Positions 42,249-54,624 of a DNA stretch of 64,000 nucleotides are shown piece after piece. The translations under genes and the position numbers were made by a program. Under the pieces are notes generated by a model. The model had not been told where the DNA came from. It made no database searches and saw only the letters and a program-made list of their open reading frames with translations. Origin of the DNA: the human T2T-CHM13v2.0 reference genome, Homo sapiens; NCBI RefSeq assembly GCF_009914755.1, contig NC_060929.1; one strand, 5' to 3'. Positions within the stretch are counted from its first letter, which is position 1. Every line of letters starts with the position of its first letter.

Positions 42249-42575
42249 GGCTGGGTGTGGTGGCTTACACCTGCAATCCTATCACTTTGGGAAGCCAAAG
42301 CGGGAAGATCACTTGAGGTCAAGAGTTTGAGACCAGCCTGGCCCACATGGTTAAACCCTGTCTCTACTAAAAATACAAAAATTAGCCAGGTGTGTTGGCA
42401 GGTGCTTGTAATCCCAGCTACTCAGGAGGCTGAAGCAAGAGAGTCGCTTGATTCCTAGAGGCAGAGGTTTCAGTGAATTGAGATTATACCACTGCACTCC
42501 AGCCTGGGTGACAGAGTGAGACTCTGTCACAAAACAAAAACAAAAACAAAAAACAAACAACACTAACAAAAAAAA
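42249..42575 (+). mobile_element. AluS (Sx/Sz-like)
   Basis: Dimeric Alu with (CAAAA)n tail; TSD-like ctattatga / ctactatga. Confidence 0.93.
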
Positions 42576-43204
42576 CCCACCTACTATGAGCTAATATATT
42601 TTTTCAAAATTTAAGTTTTTTGTTTTTTTTTTTTCCTCAAGGTTCTATTCACTCCTTCCCCAAGGAGGAGAAATATCATTTGTTAGGTGGCAAGAAATAT
42701 TTGAAGAAATAAAAATATCTTAATTAAAAATATCTTTGAATCTTTGAATATTACCCTATGACAAATTTTACTGTAATCTTGCAGTAGTAACCAAAAAGAC
42801 TGCAAGATATAAACTAAACTTTTTGATAACAAGAGAGACAAAACTGTTGAAAAAAGAGAAAAATTAATGGGAATTTTAGAAAAGTGAAACACTATGTGAC
42901 TCTCTTCAAATACGAGCATCCAATGTAAATAATCAACATGATGCAATACATTTGAAAAAACACAATTTAACAAATGAAGATCAAAACTATTAGCACTTAG
43001 ATACTGTTCTTATACATCTGACTTCTATTTTATCTGAAACAAATATACCTTTCACATTCAAAAACAAAAACAAAAAAACAGTCTCTTCTAATTTTAGCTT
43101 TTCCAATAACCATCTTAAAGTCACCAAGAAAGGCTTTATGTGAATCTGATTTAACTTTCTGAAACATTTATTTCCTTATGGACAGATGCAGGGTCCCCTT
43201 ACCC

Positions 43205-43584
43205 TCTTTAAACAAAAAACTTCAGAGAAAATAAATTTAACAGAGTTTATTTGAGTAAAGAGTGAGTCACAAATCACGCAGCACTCAGAACCAGAAAAGG
43301 TTCAGAAAGCTCCTCTCTGCAATATGGGCAGTGAGCATTTATACCAGAATATGGAAGTAAGTACAGAAATAGCTGAAATGGTTATATGGAGGCATTTGCC
43401 TTATTTAGACATGACTTGATCCGTTAGCTGCTAAGCTTTTGTGATTGGCTAAGATCCAGCTCTTTATTACAAAAATATATTCTCCCGTATTAGGTTTCAG
43501 TTTGTTTGCATACTAAAAGGTTGCAGTTCAATACATAGGAATGAAAGGTATTAAGATAGTCTTATGCCAAATACAATTTTAAAA
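43205..43584 (-). mobile_element. 3' LTR of ERV1 (MER4-group, MER57/MER93-like) provirus
   Basis: Homologous to 54447-54624 (aataaatttaacag...ctcagaaccagaaaaggttcagaaagctcc); adjacent tttccaccttt is a polypurine tract on the minus strand. Confidence 0.85.
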
Positions 43585-44567
43585 TTTCCACCTTTTGGTC
43601 AGTTTCTCAATCTTGAGAGATGGACTGAAACTTTGGGTAGTGAATTCACTCTGTCACCATTATAAAGCACTTGTTTTGTCTCAGCATGGAACTCCCAGTC
43701 AGAACCTCAGTTCAGTTGAACGATTGTTCACATTCTTGCTGTTCTAGTCAAAGTGAGACCACTTAATGCATGATGTATACCTGCATACAAACATTTAAGA
43801 CTCTTACTAATTTCTGTTGTTGATTTTCTTATTATAGGAATTTTCAAAGGGAAGCTACTCAAAAGGTGTGAATGAGCCCGTCCAAATATCTGAGTCAGTA
43901 GGAAGGCAGAAGAGAGTAAGCAAATTGTCTGCAGACCCTATGCAGGCCCTCAGGGGCTGAAAAGGAAGGCCACCTTGTGTTATTTGAATACGAGTCAGCT
44001 AAATTTGTTCGCTCATAGGTCAGCAGAGTTTCTGAACAAGATTCAGTAGAAAATTAACTTTTTTTGTCATCTTTTTGTAACATGCTGTAAGGGTATGCAG
44101 CCACAATTAGTGGAAAAGGATTTAATCCAACAGAATTATACAAGCAATTACATACCAGATAGATAGTCCCCAGGTCTTGAGCACATGATGCCTGGAAGCA
44201 CAACATACCATTTGCAGGCATCTCTCAGATAGGTTTTCTGTATTTGGTGGTGGTTATGTTATTAATAGCAAAGCAAGTGGCAGTGATGTCTAGAACATCA
44301 AAGATAGATTCCCACTGTTCTTTTGGTGCTTCAAGGTGATTGTCATTGGGAACGTGGACAGGCCTTGGTAATAGTGGAATTGTTTCCTGTTTTTGTTGTT
44401 TTTGTTTTTGTGTTTTTTGGCATTAGCCTACAAACTCAATAGTTGCTCTGGTGTTTTGCTACAGCATGAGCCTTTGCTAAAGCCATCAACTTATTATGGT
44501 CCCATTGGTTTTTCTGTGGGGAAAGGGGAAAAAAAGGACAATAACATATAAGAAAAAAGAAAAAAAT

Positions 44568-44910
<343 letters not shown>

Positions 44911-45361
44911 TACATATATAAGGTTTTCTTGACGGCAAAGAAGCTAAATCTTGATCTGTCATCTTTGAAAACTTGTCCACATCTAGGATGTCCTTTGATT
45001 CTGGGGAGAAACTTTCCTGGTCAGTTTTACCTTAAGATCTTCAACAATTTTACAGCTCCAAAAGTCTGAAAGGGAATACTTGAGTTGTGAGATAGACCTA
45101 AGATTCAAGGCCTTAATATTTTACTGCAGTATGGTTGGTAAGAACTTGGCATGGTCCCTTCCAACAAGGTTCAAGGGTAGTCTTTCCCTGATGTCATTTC
45201 CAGAAGACCTAATCACTGGGCTCTAGATTAGGAAGTTTGGTTGTCCTCAGTTGATGGATTAAAAAAGCTTCTTTTATCTGGAGAAAACACACCCTGGCAT
45301 AAAGCATTAAAGCCCTGCAATAGTTTGGCAAGTGACTGTCAGAGCTTTTCTATAATACACA

Positions 45362-45647
45362 GCAAAGCTTCTATCCAACCAGAGAATATACAAACTATTA
45401 TAAAAACATATTGATATCCCACTGATAGTGGCAATTAAATGAAATCTGTCTATCCAAATGGTCCACCAGGTGTCAGAAATGTCCCACCTAAAGTTGAAAT
45501 TTTTTTACCATGTTTATGGGCTTGAAAAACTAAACATTGGTTACAAACCATTTTTGCAATTTTAGAAGAGTTTCCCTTCCAATGTTTTGAACAACAATAT
45601 ATCATTTGATCTACTTTATGATGAAATATGGAGTACAGAGTTTTCAT
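45362..45647 (-). pseudogene. Retroviral integrase remnant (zinc-binding region and start of core), with in-frame stops
   Basis: Translation ...FHHKVDQ...W...AKMVCNQCLVFQAHKHGK...PGGPFG*TDFI*LPLSVGYQYVFIIVCIFSGWIEAL matches the gammaretrovirus-like IN motif DF..LP...GY.YVLV.V..FSGW.EA. Confidence 0.85.
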
Positions 45648-47229
45648 AATGGAAGCATTAAGAACTCAGGAAGAACCAAGCAACTGTCTTAGTTGAGTTC
45701 ACACTTAACATTGAACTTATATCCTTTTAGATACCAATTTTGTTTTTCAAAATCAGATGCCTAGGACTGTTTATTAAATAGATTATCATAGGTGACTTGA
45801 CTTGGATCAATCTTCTGGAGTTTATTTCAGTTGCATATTCTAATAGTTTTAGTACTAAATAACTTAGCATAAAAACATACCAAGACATTTTCTTGGTATT
45901 AAATTAATGGTTGTTCTGATTGATATTGGGTTAACAGTTTTATGATCCAAACAGTCTCCTAATTAGAGCTCTAGAAATTCTTACCCAGTCCAATGGTATA
46001 ATCTTAAAGTTATGAGAAACCCGTACTTTTTAGAGTCATTTACATGAATCTTCTTAAAGACAAAACACTTTCATATTATAGTTGCTAACAAAAGCTTCCA
46101 GTTAAGTACCAGAGTAAAATAATTAACTGACTTTGGATTACAATACTTAAATAGTTATGGTTAAATATCTTACTAAGGCTTATGATAATAATAATAATGT
46201 AATTGACAAGGAAAATTGGCTATATCTGTGGCATATAACATTTTATAATAACTAGAATTATGACTGATAATATTATACCAGGATTATCAGACTTCCTGAA
46301 ATTTAATATAATTTCTGGAATACACACCAGTAGCATATTCATACCAACATAACAAAGAAGGCAAACATTCTTTTTTTTTTTTTTAACCCCTTACTGGTCT
46401 CCTTTTCTAGAATTTAGAAGGTGTTTGTGCACATTAATATGTGACTTTCACATGTAGCTTTTCTAATCCTGATTTACAGATAGTTGACAGTACATCCAGA
46501 TGTGGCCCCTAAACAATTTTTGCTGCCCAACAGCAGTGACACCATAGGGCCAACACCCAACCTCTAATCTATGACTGGATGTGAAGCCCATATCAGGACC
46601 ATGTCTCCCCACAAGTTCATGTCACTGACTCACTATGGGATGGAATCTAAGTGAAGATGAGAGGGACTGAGGGAAGGCATGGTGAGTGCAAGCAAACATG
46701 TCGGGCAGAGTGAGGAGAACATTAGCAACTCAAATGCCTGCCATTTCAGAAAAGAAGGAACACATAAATTGAGAATACCACTTTACCTAGTAAAAGCCAA
46801 TCCTGACATTTTTTTCTTCCCTCTTTTGGACTTCTTCTTTGGGTAACATGAGGTTTTAGAAGTCCATCCTGAATGTCAAAAGTATGTCATTTAATGCTTA
46901 GAATAAACACAGTCCCTTCCTGCACCACGACCACACTCACGAGGAAGACCTCACCATATGGAAAGATGGTCCTCTGCTGCCCACTGTACCAGGGGAGATG
47001 AAGGGACAATAAACTTTTACAAGAAACCAACAAACACGTGTCTGACCTCTTTTTTCAGAACCCCTTATGTCCTGGTTAAACCCAGTTCTATGCCACAGCA
47101 GTGGGGAACTTGGCTGGACTGAGCTCCCCTTCAAGGCACAGACTAGGCCCTGACCAAACTTGATGCAGAGAATAACTCCCCTCCTGCCTCCAGGTTCACA
47201 GGCTGATCTCAGAAATGGAGGTCAATGAG

Positions 47230-47385
47230 CCATGATGTTCAATGCTGGATACAGATTAAAATCAACTTTAAATATTAAAGATGAGCCCCAACCTGACTAA
47301 TTGAATAGTGTAGTGTTACAGCACAAAAGGATATATGTGCAGAATGCCTCATAACGCTAATGTGAAGCCAGGGTTGAGCACCACT
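47230..47385. mobile_element. MER5 (A/B) hAT-Charlie MITE
   Basis: ctaatgtgaagccagggttgagcaccact matches the MER5 terminus; degenerate inverted copy at ~47230-47265. Confidence 0.7.
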
Positions 47386-47934
47386 CATAGGGGCAAGCTC
47401 AGCACACCTCCCGCCTTCTGGCTCTGCTCTCTTCTTGGGGTCTCATTGTCACCAATATCCAGACAGTGGGTGGTCAAGGAGAAGAAACATGCCAAACAGT
47501 CAATATGGACCAGGTGTGGGGGTGAGGATGTGGCTGAAATGGTGAGTGGGGAAGCTTCCTATGCGTCTTCCCTGCTGTGGTTCTCCCTTTGCTCTCCTCG
47601 TCACCAGTTGCTCTTGCTTTCTCTCCAACACCACCTTGTTCTGTCTGCCATGGCTCCAAAGCTTTCAGTCTCTCCCCTCACTCTCTTTCTGAGGTGCCTC
47701 CCCCTTAACTGTCCCCCTCTGTATTTTTCTCTCTTTTACCTCTTTGGAGATACAGTTTTTCTCTAAATTGCTCTTTTTCTTTTCTGCTCCTGCCACTTTT
47801 TTTTTTCTCTCTTCCTGTCTTCTTGCAAATTTCTCACCCATCTTCTAATTTGCCATCTGTTCATGATTCTTCCTTATTTTCTTTCTTCCTTCTCAGGTTG
47901 TCTATGATTCTTAGTTACTCTGTGTCTCTCTCCT

Positions 47935-48341
47935 TACATTAGTTCATTTATTGTGTTACCGTAAAGGAATACCTGAGACTGGATGACTTATAATGAAAAG
48001 AGGTTTAATTGGCTCACTGTTCTGCAGGCTGTACAAGCATAGCACCAACATTTGCCCAGCTTCTGGTGAGGCCTCAGAGAGCTTATAATCATAGCAGGAG
48101 GTGAAGGGGGAGCAGACATGTCACATGCAAGAGAGGGAGCAAGGAGGGAAAGTGTCACACTCTTTTGAACAACCAGATCTCTCATGAGCCAGAACTCACT
48201 CATCACCAAGGGTATGGTACTAAGCCATTCATGAGGGATCTGCTCCCATGATCCAAACCCATCCCACCAGGCCCCGCCTCCAACAATGGGGGTTACATTT
48301 CAACATGAGATTTGGAGGGGACATACATTGAAACCATATTA
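47935..48341 (-). mobile_element. MSTB-like MaLR solo LTR
   Basis: aaaggaatacctgagactgg...tttcaacatgagatttggaggggaca; TSD ctcct / cacct. Confidence 0.9.
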
Positions 48342-48651
48342 CACCTGATCCCCTTTACACACATTCAAAAGGAGAAAGATGAAATAAAATGCCTGCATTC
48401 CAGAAAAGCACATTTCCAGCTGGTTGGAATTTGGGGCATAAGAGCATCAGATGGCACAGAACAGGCCCAGGTCACCTTTCTCAGCATGGAGGGGTGATTG
48501 CAAAGGGAAGGCTTGGGGGCAGAAGGACCTGGCCTGAGAAGGAGAAGGATATGAAGTGAGGGCCAGAGAAGTGGTGTCTCAGGTCAGGGGTGGAGTCTGC
48601 AGAATCCCAGGACCAAGAAGAGAACACCAGCACTCCTGGATTGGGGCTGCG

Positions 48652-48670
48652 GCACTGCCCTCTAGTGGCC
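48652..48670 (-). promoter_or_regulatory. Strong CTCF core motif
   Basis: Minus strand GGCCACTAGAGGGCAGTGC fits CCASYAGRKGGCRS, in a locally CpG-retaining patch. Binding is not shown. Confidence 0.6.
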
Positions 48671-48724
48671 GGCAAGGGGAAGTGTGCGTGGCGCAAGGGA
48701 CGTTACCCCACCTCTCTGGTGAAG

Positions 48725-49402
48725 TTTTTTGTTTTGTTTTGTTTTTAATAATTTCAACTATTATTTTAGATTTAGGCAGGACATGTGCAAGTTTGCTCCA
48801 TGGGTATACTGTATGTATACTATATGACACTGAGGTTAGGGTTACACATGATCCCATTACCAAGGTAGTGAGCATAGTACGCAACTGGAAATTTCTCAGT
48901 CCTTGCTGGCTCTGTGTCTTCCTGCTCTAGTAGCCTCCAGTGATTTTGCTCACATCATTATGTCCATGTGTACCCAACGTTTAGCTCCCACTTATAAGTG
49001 AGAACATGCAGTATGTGGTTTTCTGTTCCTGCATTAATTTCCTTGGGATAATAGCCTCCAGCTGCATCCATGCTGCAGCAAAGGACAGGATTTCATTCTT
49101 TTTCATGATTGTGTGATATTCCATGGTGTATATGTACCACATTTTCTTTATCCAATCCACCACTGATGGGGGCACCTAGGTTGATTCCATGTCTTTGCCT
49201 TTATGAATAGTTCTATAATGAACACATGAATGCATGTGTCCCTTTGGTAGAACAATTTATATTCCTTTGGATATATACTCAGTAATGAAATTGCTGGGTT
49301 GAATGGTAGTTCTTGTTTAAGGTCTTTGAGAAAATGGACTGCTTTACACAGTGACTGAACTAATTTACATTCCCACCAACCCTTTTCTCTGCATCTTCAT
49401 CT
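48725..49402 (-). mobile_element. 5'-truncated L1PA15/16-like LINE
   Basis: T-rich tail, L1PA 3' UTR, ORF 48981..49175 (DWIKKMWYIYTMEY) is the ORF2 C-terminus; TSD tggtgaag. Confidence 0.92.
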
Positions 49403-50216
49403 TGGTGAAGACTTTAAACAGAAGGGTCAGGGGGAGAGTTTAGTAAAGGATCTTAAGTAGAAAAATAATGCAAAAGGAAGTGTCCATATGGCCTGAACAC
49501 AAAAACTTAGAGGAAGAGATCAGCCTCAGAGCAATTTTAACTTGAAGCAAAACAACCTCCCGGCTCTCATGGCAACATCTAAGTTTAGTTGTGGTGGAGA
49601 GGCAGTGCATGCAGGGCCTTTAGGGTCAGTAGTGATCCTGAGATCCTGGGGGTAGAGAGCAGAGAATTGTGAAAAGCTGATTACAACTACATAGAGGAAA
49701 ATCAGGCTCTTGAGTGTCATCCTTGCTCCATGTTATCTGCTTCCCTAAACATCATTTCTTATTTGACAAATCTCCTCATGCAAATTTAACAATATCGAAT
49801 TAGTTTAATTAGTTTAACATCTCTCTTTTAGTAAGGAGGAGAGAGAATAAATTTTTGAAAGCTATTGTTGGGAACCTCTGGAAGATTGTAAAGTTAGTCC
49901 AAGTCAAAAAGACATAATTTAGAATTGGATTTTGGGAAGTTTGTCAAAAAATTAGATGTAAAACACTCGATTAAACAGGATTACAAGTCTCTCTGATAGT
50001 AGTCATTTATTTAACCAGAGTGATCATTAAAAAGACTTCAAAGGCAAATATGCAAAGTTACATAATTATAGAAAAATCTTAGCTCTTTTAATAGAGAGGA
50101 TACAGTTTTCTTAAGTAACCAAAGACCTAATAAATTAAGAACAGACCAGTATTCTAAGAAAACTTTGTAGCCATGTACTTTCAATAGTAAGGTTGATCCT
50201 TTTCTTTTTCAGTAAC

Positions 50217-50615
50217 TGTCTTAGTTTAATTTGAAGCACTGTAAGAGAATACCTAAGAATGGGTAATTGGTAAAGAATAGAGATTTATTGCCTCACAGTT
50301 CTGGCAGCTAGGAAGTTCAATATCAAGGGCCCAGCAGGTTTGGCAATTCTAATTCCAAGATGTCACCTTGAAGCTGCATCCTTAGGAGAGGAAGAATGCT
50401 TTGTCTTCACATAATGAAGACACAAGGGCATAGAGGCAAAAGAGAGATGAACTAGCCCTTTTATAGAGGCATTAATCTGACCCATGAGGGATCTGCCCTC
50501 TGCCCTCACGTCTATGGCCTAATCACTGTCCAACAGTCCCACCTCTTAATAATATTATAATGACAATTAAATTTCAACATGAGTTTTGGACGAGACAAAC
50601 ATTCAAACAAGAGCA
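50217..50615 (-). mobile_element. MSTC-like MaLR solo LTR
   Basis: tgtcttagtt...ctcacagttctgg...aaatttcaacatgagttttgga...aaacattcaaacaagagca. Confidence 0.85.
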
Positions 50616-50619
50616 TCAA

Positions 50620-50645
50620 CATATATACACGTGTGTGTGTATGTA

Positions 50646-50679
<34 letters not shown>

Positions 50680-50700
50680 CATACACACACATATAGATAT
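50620..50700. repeat. (TG)/(TA)/(CA) compound microsatellite
   Basis: Directly visible. Confidence 0.9.
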
Positions 50701-51251
50701 CCACTCAGCTCTTAGCCAGCTTTGCTACACATAGAATTCATTTTCCAAAATTTCTCTTCCCCGTATCTTCTAGAAATTTCTTATATCCATTCTGTTTGTC
50801 CTATACTGTTTCTATTTTCCACTGTGGAACAATCAATCATTCTGTTTTGGGGAAAAATATTTTTTTTTTTCTTAGCAAAGATATATCCTTCATACTTTAT
50901 AACTTCACGTACCAAAAACATGTCTTACTTTTCTCAAATACAGAGTTGTTTTTCTTAATATTTCCAGTTTTAACTGTCTGTCAAACTAGCATTTTATAGA
51001 CTGGCAAATCCATGAATCATAATTCCTAGAAGCATGTACTTCTTCATATTATATTTTTCAATGTGACACAGGACCTGTTTGCTAACAGACCCAAATATCT
51101 TTAGTTCCTCTATAGTAAGAACATTCAGTAATTAATGTTTCAGTATTTAAACTTATTTAGAAACTAACTAGATATTCAATTATTATCTATCATTTAATTT
51201 AGCAAAACTCTAAGGTTGTAAGTGATCAAGGAGATTTAGGAAGCTATTTTT

Positions 51252-51558
<307 letters not shown>

Positions 51559-52574
51559 GGGAAGCTATTTTTAAGTAGGCATATTATAACACAAAACAAA
51601 GGTAGCCATTATCAAATTATTTCCCTCTTAGCCATTTTTGCAGAATATGATTGTTAGGCAGCCATCACAAAAGCAGGATTCTTAAAATGTTATATATTTG
51701 GGTTCGTTGTTTTACTGCTGTCCTTAATGTATATAAAGTAAGGGACACTGCACTTTCACTTGCACATTTCTTATGTTAAAACTCATAATTCTATAGTCTT
51801 ATATGTGTAGAAAACATTTCAAATTAGTTCCTAACTTTCTAAAAGTTTAAGGAATACTTAGCTTTTATAAGTGCTATGAAATAGAGCCAATTAAACAGAG
51901 CTGTTTTATAAATTAATTTTGGCAACATCATCTGGAGGTAGAAACTATTCCATATCTTTAACACACATACAGAGACACAAATAAACATAGAGACAGAAAC
52001 AAATCTTACAACTTTCATTTAAAATCAGGTACTATAATGCAAAACACTAACTTATAGAATAATAGCTAAATATAAATTATGTTTTTAGAAGATGGGATAA
52101 ATTAAGTTTACCTATAGAGATGGTCAAAGCTTTCTAGTAATAATTGTTGAAAAAAGAAGAGTTTTCATGTGCCAGTTTTCACATAGTTTCCTTTTGTCTT
52201 TCTCTTTTCTTATTCTACTTTTGGCGAATCATCTCTCTCAAATTTGCATTTCCAAAGGGATGGCTCTTAGGAAAACATGTATCAAAGGCACAGAGCTTAG
52301 ACTCCAGACTTAAATACTATCATTTGTTGAAACAAAGAAAGAAGGGTATATATAAAGGCCTAGTTTAGACAAGATGGCTGCAGAGAAAAACTACCTTAAA
52401 TAAAGTTAAGGCTAGTTATGTAGATTTAAGCTCATGCTTTTTCTTTGTGAGAGTTTCTAGTAATTTTAGTCATCCTTCTTTTCCTGATGCAGAGAGGGAG
52501 TCATACTTACACATGGAGATTTATTTGACAGAAGAAAATCTCTCTTACAAAGAATATTAAAATAACCAGGTGAG

Positions 52575-52912
<338 letters not shown>

Positions 52913-53493
52913 ATCAGTTGAATGCAGGAAAGGTGTATCTCGAAGGCTAATGCAGCTATATATGCACCTTCCTAACCCAGCTTCTGTTTTAACTAGATTA
53001 CAGAGTGCAGGGCAGAGCTCAGTAATGAATAGGGTAGACAAGGCATTTCCTATGCCCAGACTCAGGATTGATAGGCCAAAACATTTTACTAATAGTGTTT
53101 CTAGTCTTTCCTTATACTCAGGACTAGTTCATTCTTTTTCTGTTTACAAATTTGAATGACAGACCAATCAGGATTATTTTTCTTTTGAGGAAATACTTAT
53201 ATTCTAATAAATTGTTTGATACTTTTCTAGCCCCCATCCCTCCTTTTTTGTGGGGGTCAGTGCCTGAAAGATTGAATGGTTAGGTCTTTTATATCTTTCT
53301 TAGGTACCTCTCATTTGAATTTAGCTATCCATTTACAGGCTTCACCATGTTAATAAAAGGCTGTGGAATGTTAAAAGGAGAACTTTATTTTCTGAAAGCT
53401 ATCTATAGACTGGGAAGATGCAGGCTTCTGTGCAAAACAAAAGTGTGTTCCAAGGAGCAAGCAGGGTGTAGAAGATTATAAAGGCAAAACCTG

Positions 53494-53613
53494 GGCTGGG
53501 TGTGGTGGCTCACAGCTGTAATCCCAGCACTTTGGGAAGCCAAGGTCGGCAGATTGCTTCAGGCCAGGAGTTTGAGACCAGCCTGAACAACAAGGAGAAA
53601 TCCCATCTCTACT

Positions 53614-53645
<32 letters not shown>

Positions 53646-53812
53646 GCCAGATGTGGTGGCGCATGCATGTAGTCCCAGCTACTCAGGAGGCTGAGGCAGA
53701 AGAATCACTTGAACCTGGGAGGCAGAAGCTGCAGTGAGCTGATATAGTGCCACTGCACTCCAGCCTGGGTGACAGAGGAAAACTCTGTCTCAAAAAACAA
53801 AACAAAACAAAC
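53494..53812 (+). mobile_element. Alu (J/S) with (CA)n replacing the middle A-rich linker
   Basis: Dimeric Alu; (CA)~14 at 53616-53645; TSD aaaacctg / aaaatctg. Confidence 0.93.
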
Positions 53813-54119
53813 AAAATCTGCAAGGTGTTGGGGGCTGGGGGACGGATCAGGTGTAGTGTCCAAATTGGATGGCCTTTAAGCAAGACATCACAATGAATCT
53901 CTCCTCCTTGGCTGGCCTCAGGTGAGCTGGTTGGTGGTCATCTGGGAATTTTCAGCTGCAGTTTATCTCAGCACCAACAACAAGAACTGGTTTTGTTTGA
54001 TTGCAGAAGAGGCAGTCTTGTGATACCTTTACAACAGCTTTCTGAGAACAGAGACTCATTATCTCAGCATTCAAGGTATGTGGCCACTCTCTCAACCTGC
54101 TATGGCTGCCTGATTCTGC

Positions 54120-54171
54120 TTTTAACTTTAGCCACAAGGAGTTCATTTTAACTTTAGCCACAAGGAGTTCA
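54120..54171. repeat. Perfect 26-bp tandem duplication
   Basis: ttttaactttagccacaaggagttca x2. Confidence 0.95.
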
Positions 54172-54424
54172 TTTTGTCTGCTGGCCAGAACATACTTTAA
54201 CAGCTAAGTCCCTGTATCATGGGAATAAATTGGCAGAGATAAAAAAATCCTAGATTATAAAACTCCAGTGAGAATTTAAAATTCATTAGCAACTTTCTTC
54301 CCAGACAGGGAAATCTTTCAATATTTCTCTGAGCTCAAGATTCATTTGCCCTTTGTAAAGAGCCTTTTAGATAGGTAAATTTTTAATTCTACTTTAGAAG
54401 GCTATGCATGCCAATCAAAAATAC

Positions 54425-54442
54425 ATACCACTGCTGACAACA
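54425..54442 (-). other. Degenerate tRNA-Leu primer-binding site
   Basis: Minus strand TGTTGTCAGCAGTGGTAT vs TGGTGTCAGAAGTGGGAT (15/18), 4 nt from the LTR end. Confidence 0.7.
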
Positions 54443-54446
54443 GGTC

Positions 54447-54624
54447 TGTTAATCAAAAAAATTTACACAAATAAATTTAACAGTATTTTATTTTAGCAAA
54501 GAATAATTCATAAATTAGGCAGAACTCAGAACCAAAAGAGGTTCAGAGAACTCCGCTCTGCAACATGGATAGTGAGTATTTAAATCAGAACACAAAAGTA
54601 AAGTACAGAAATAGCTTGACTGGT
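54447..54624 (-). mobile_element. 5' LTR of the ERV1 provirus (partial, cut by L1)
   Basis: Aligns by eye with 43205-43385; stops at aaatagcttgactggt where L1 begins. Confidence 0.85.

Larger units (their letters stand above)
46371..49746 (-). other. Non-retroviral, GC-richer segment inserted in the ERV; probable retroposed copy of foreign genomic/pre-mRNA sequence
   Basis: T14 at 46371-46384; flanks aaacattc / aaacatcatttc; ERV sequence reads through when the segment is removed; contains MER5. Confidence 0.7.
53348..54202 (-). mobile_element. ERV1-class solo LTR (family uncertain) nested in the provirus, split by an Alu
   Basis: tgttaa...ttaaca inverted termini; minus-strand AATAAA at ~53385; ~530 bp after removing the Alu. 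Confidence 0.65.

Noticed and set aside
47335-47766. 143-aa ORF as a retrogene
   Set aside because: Starts in MER5, ends in a CT-rich low-complexity tract, is antisense to the poly(A) tail, and resembles no protein I recognise.
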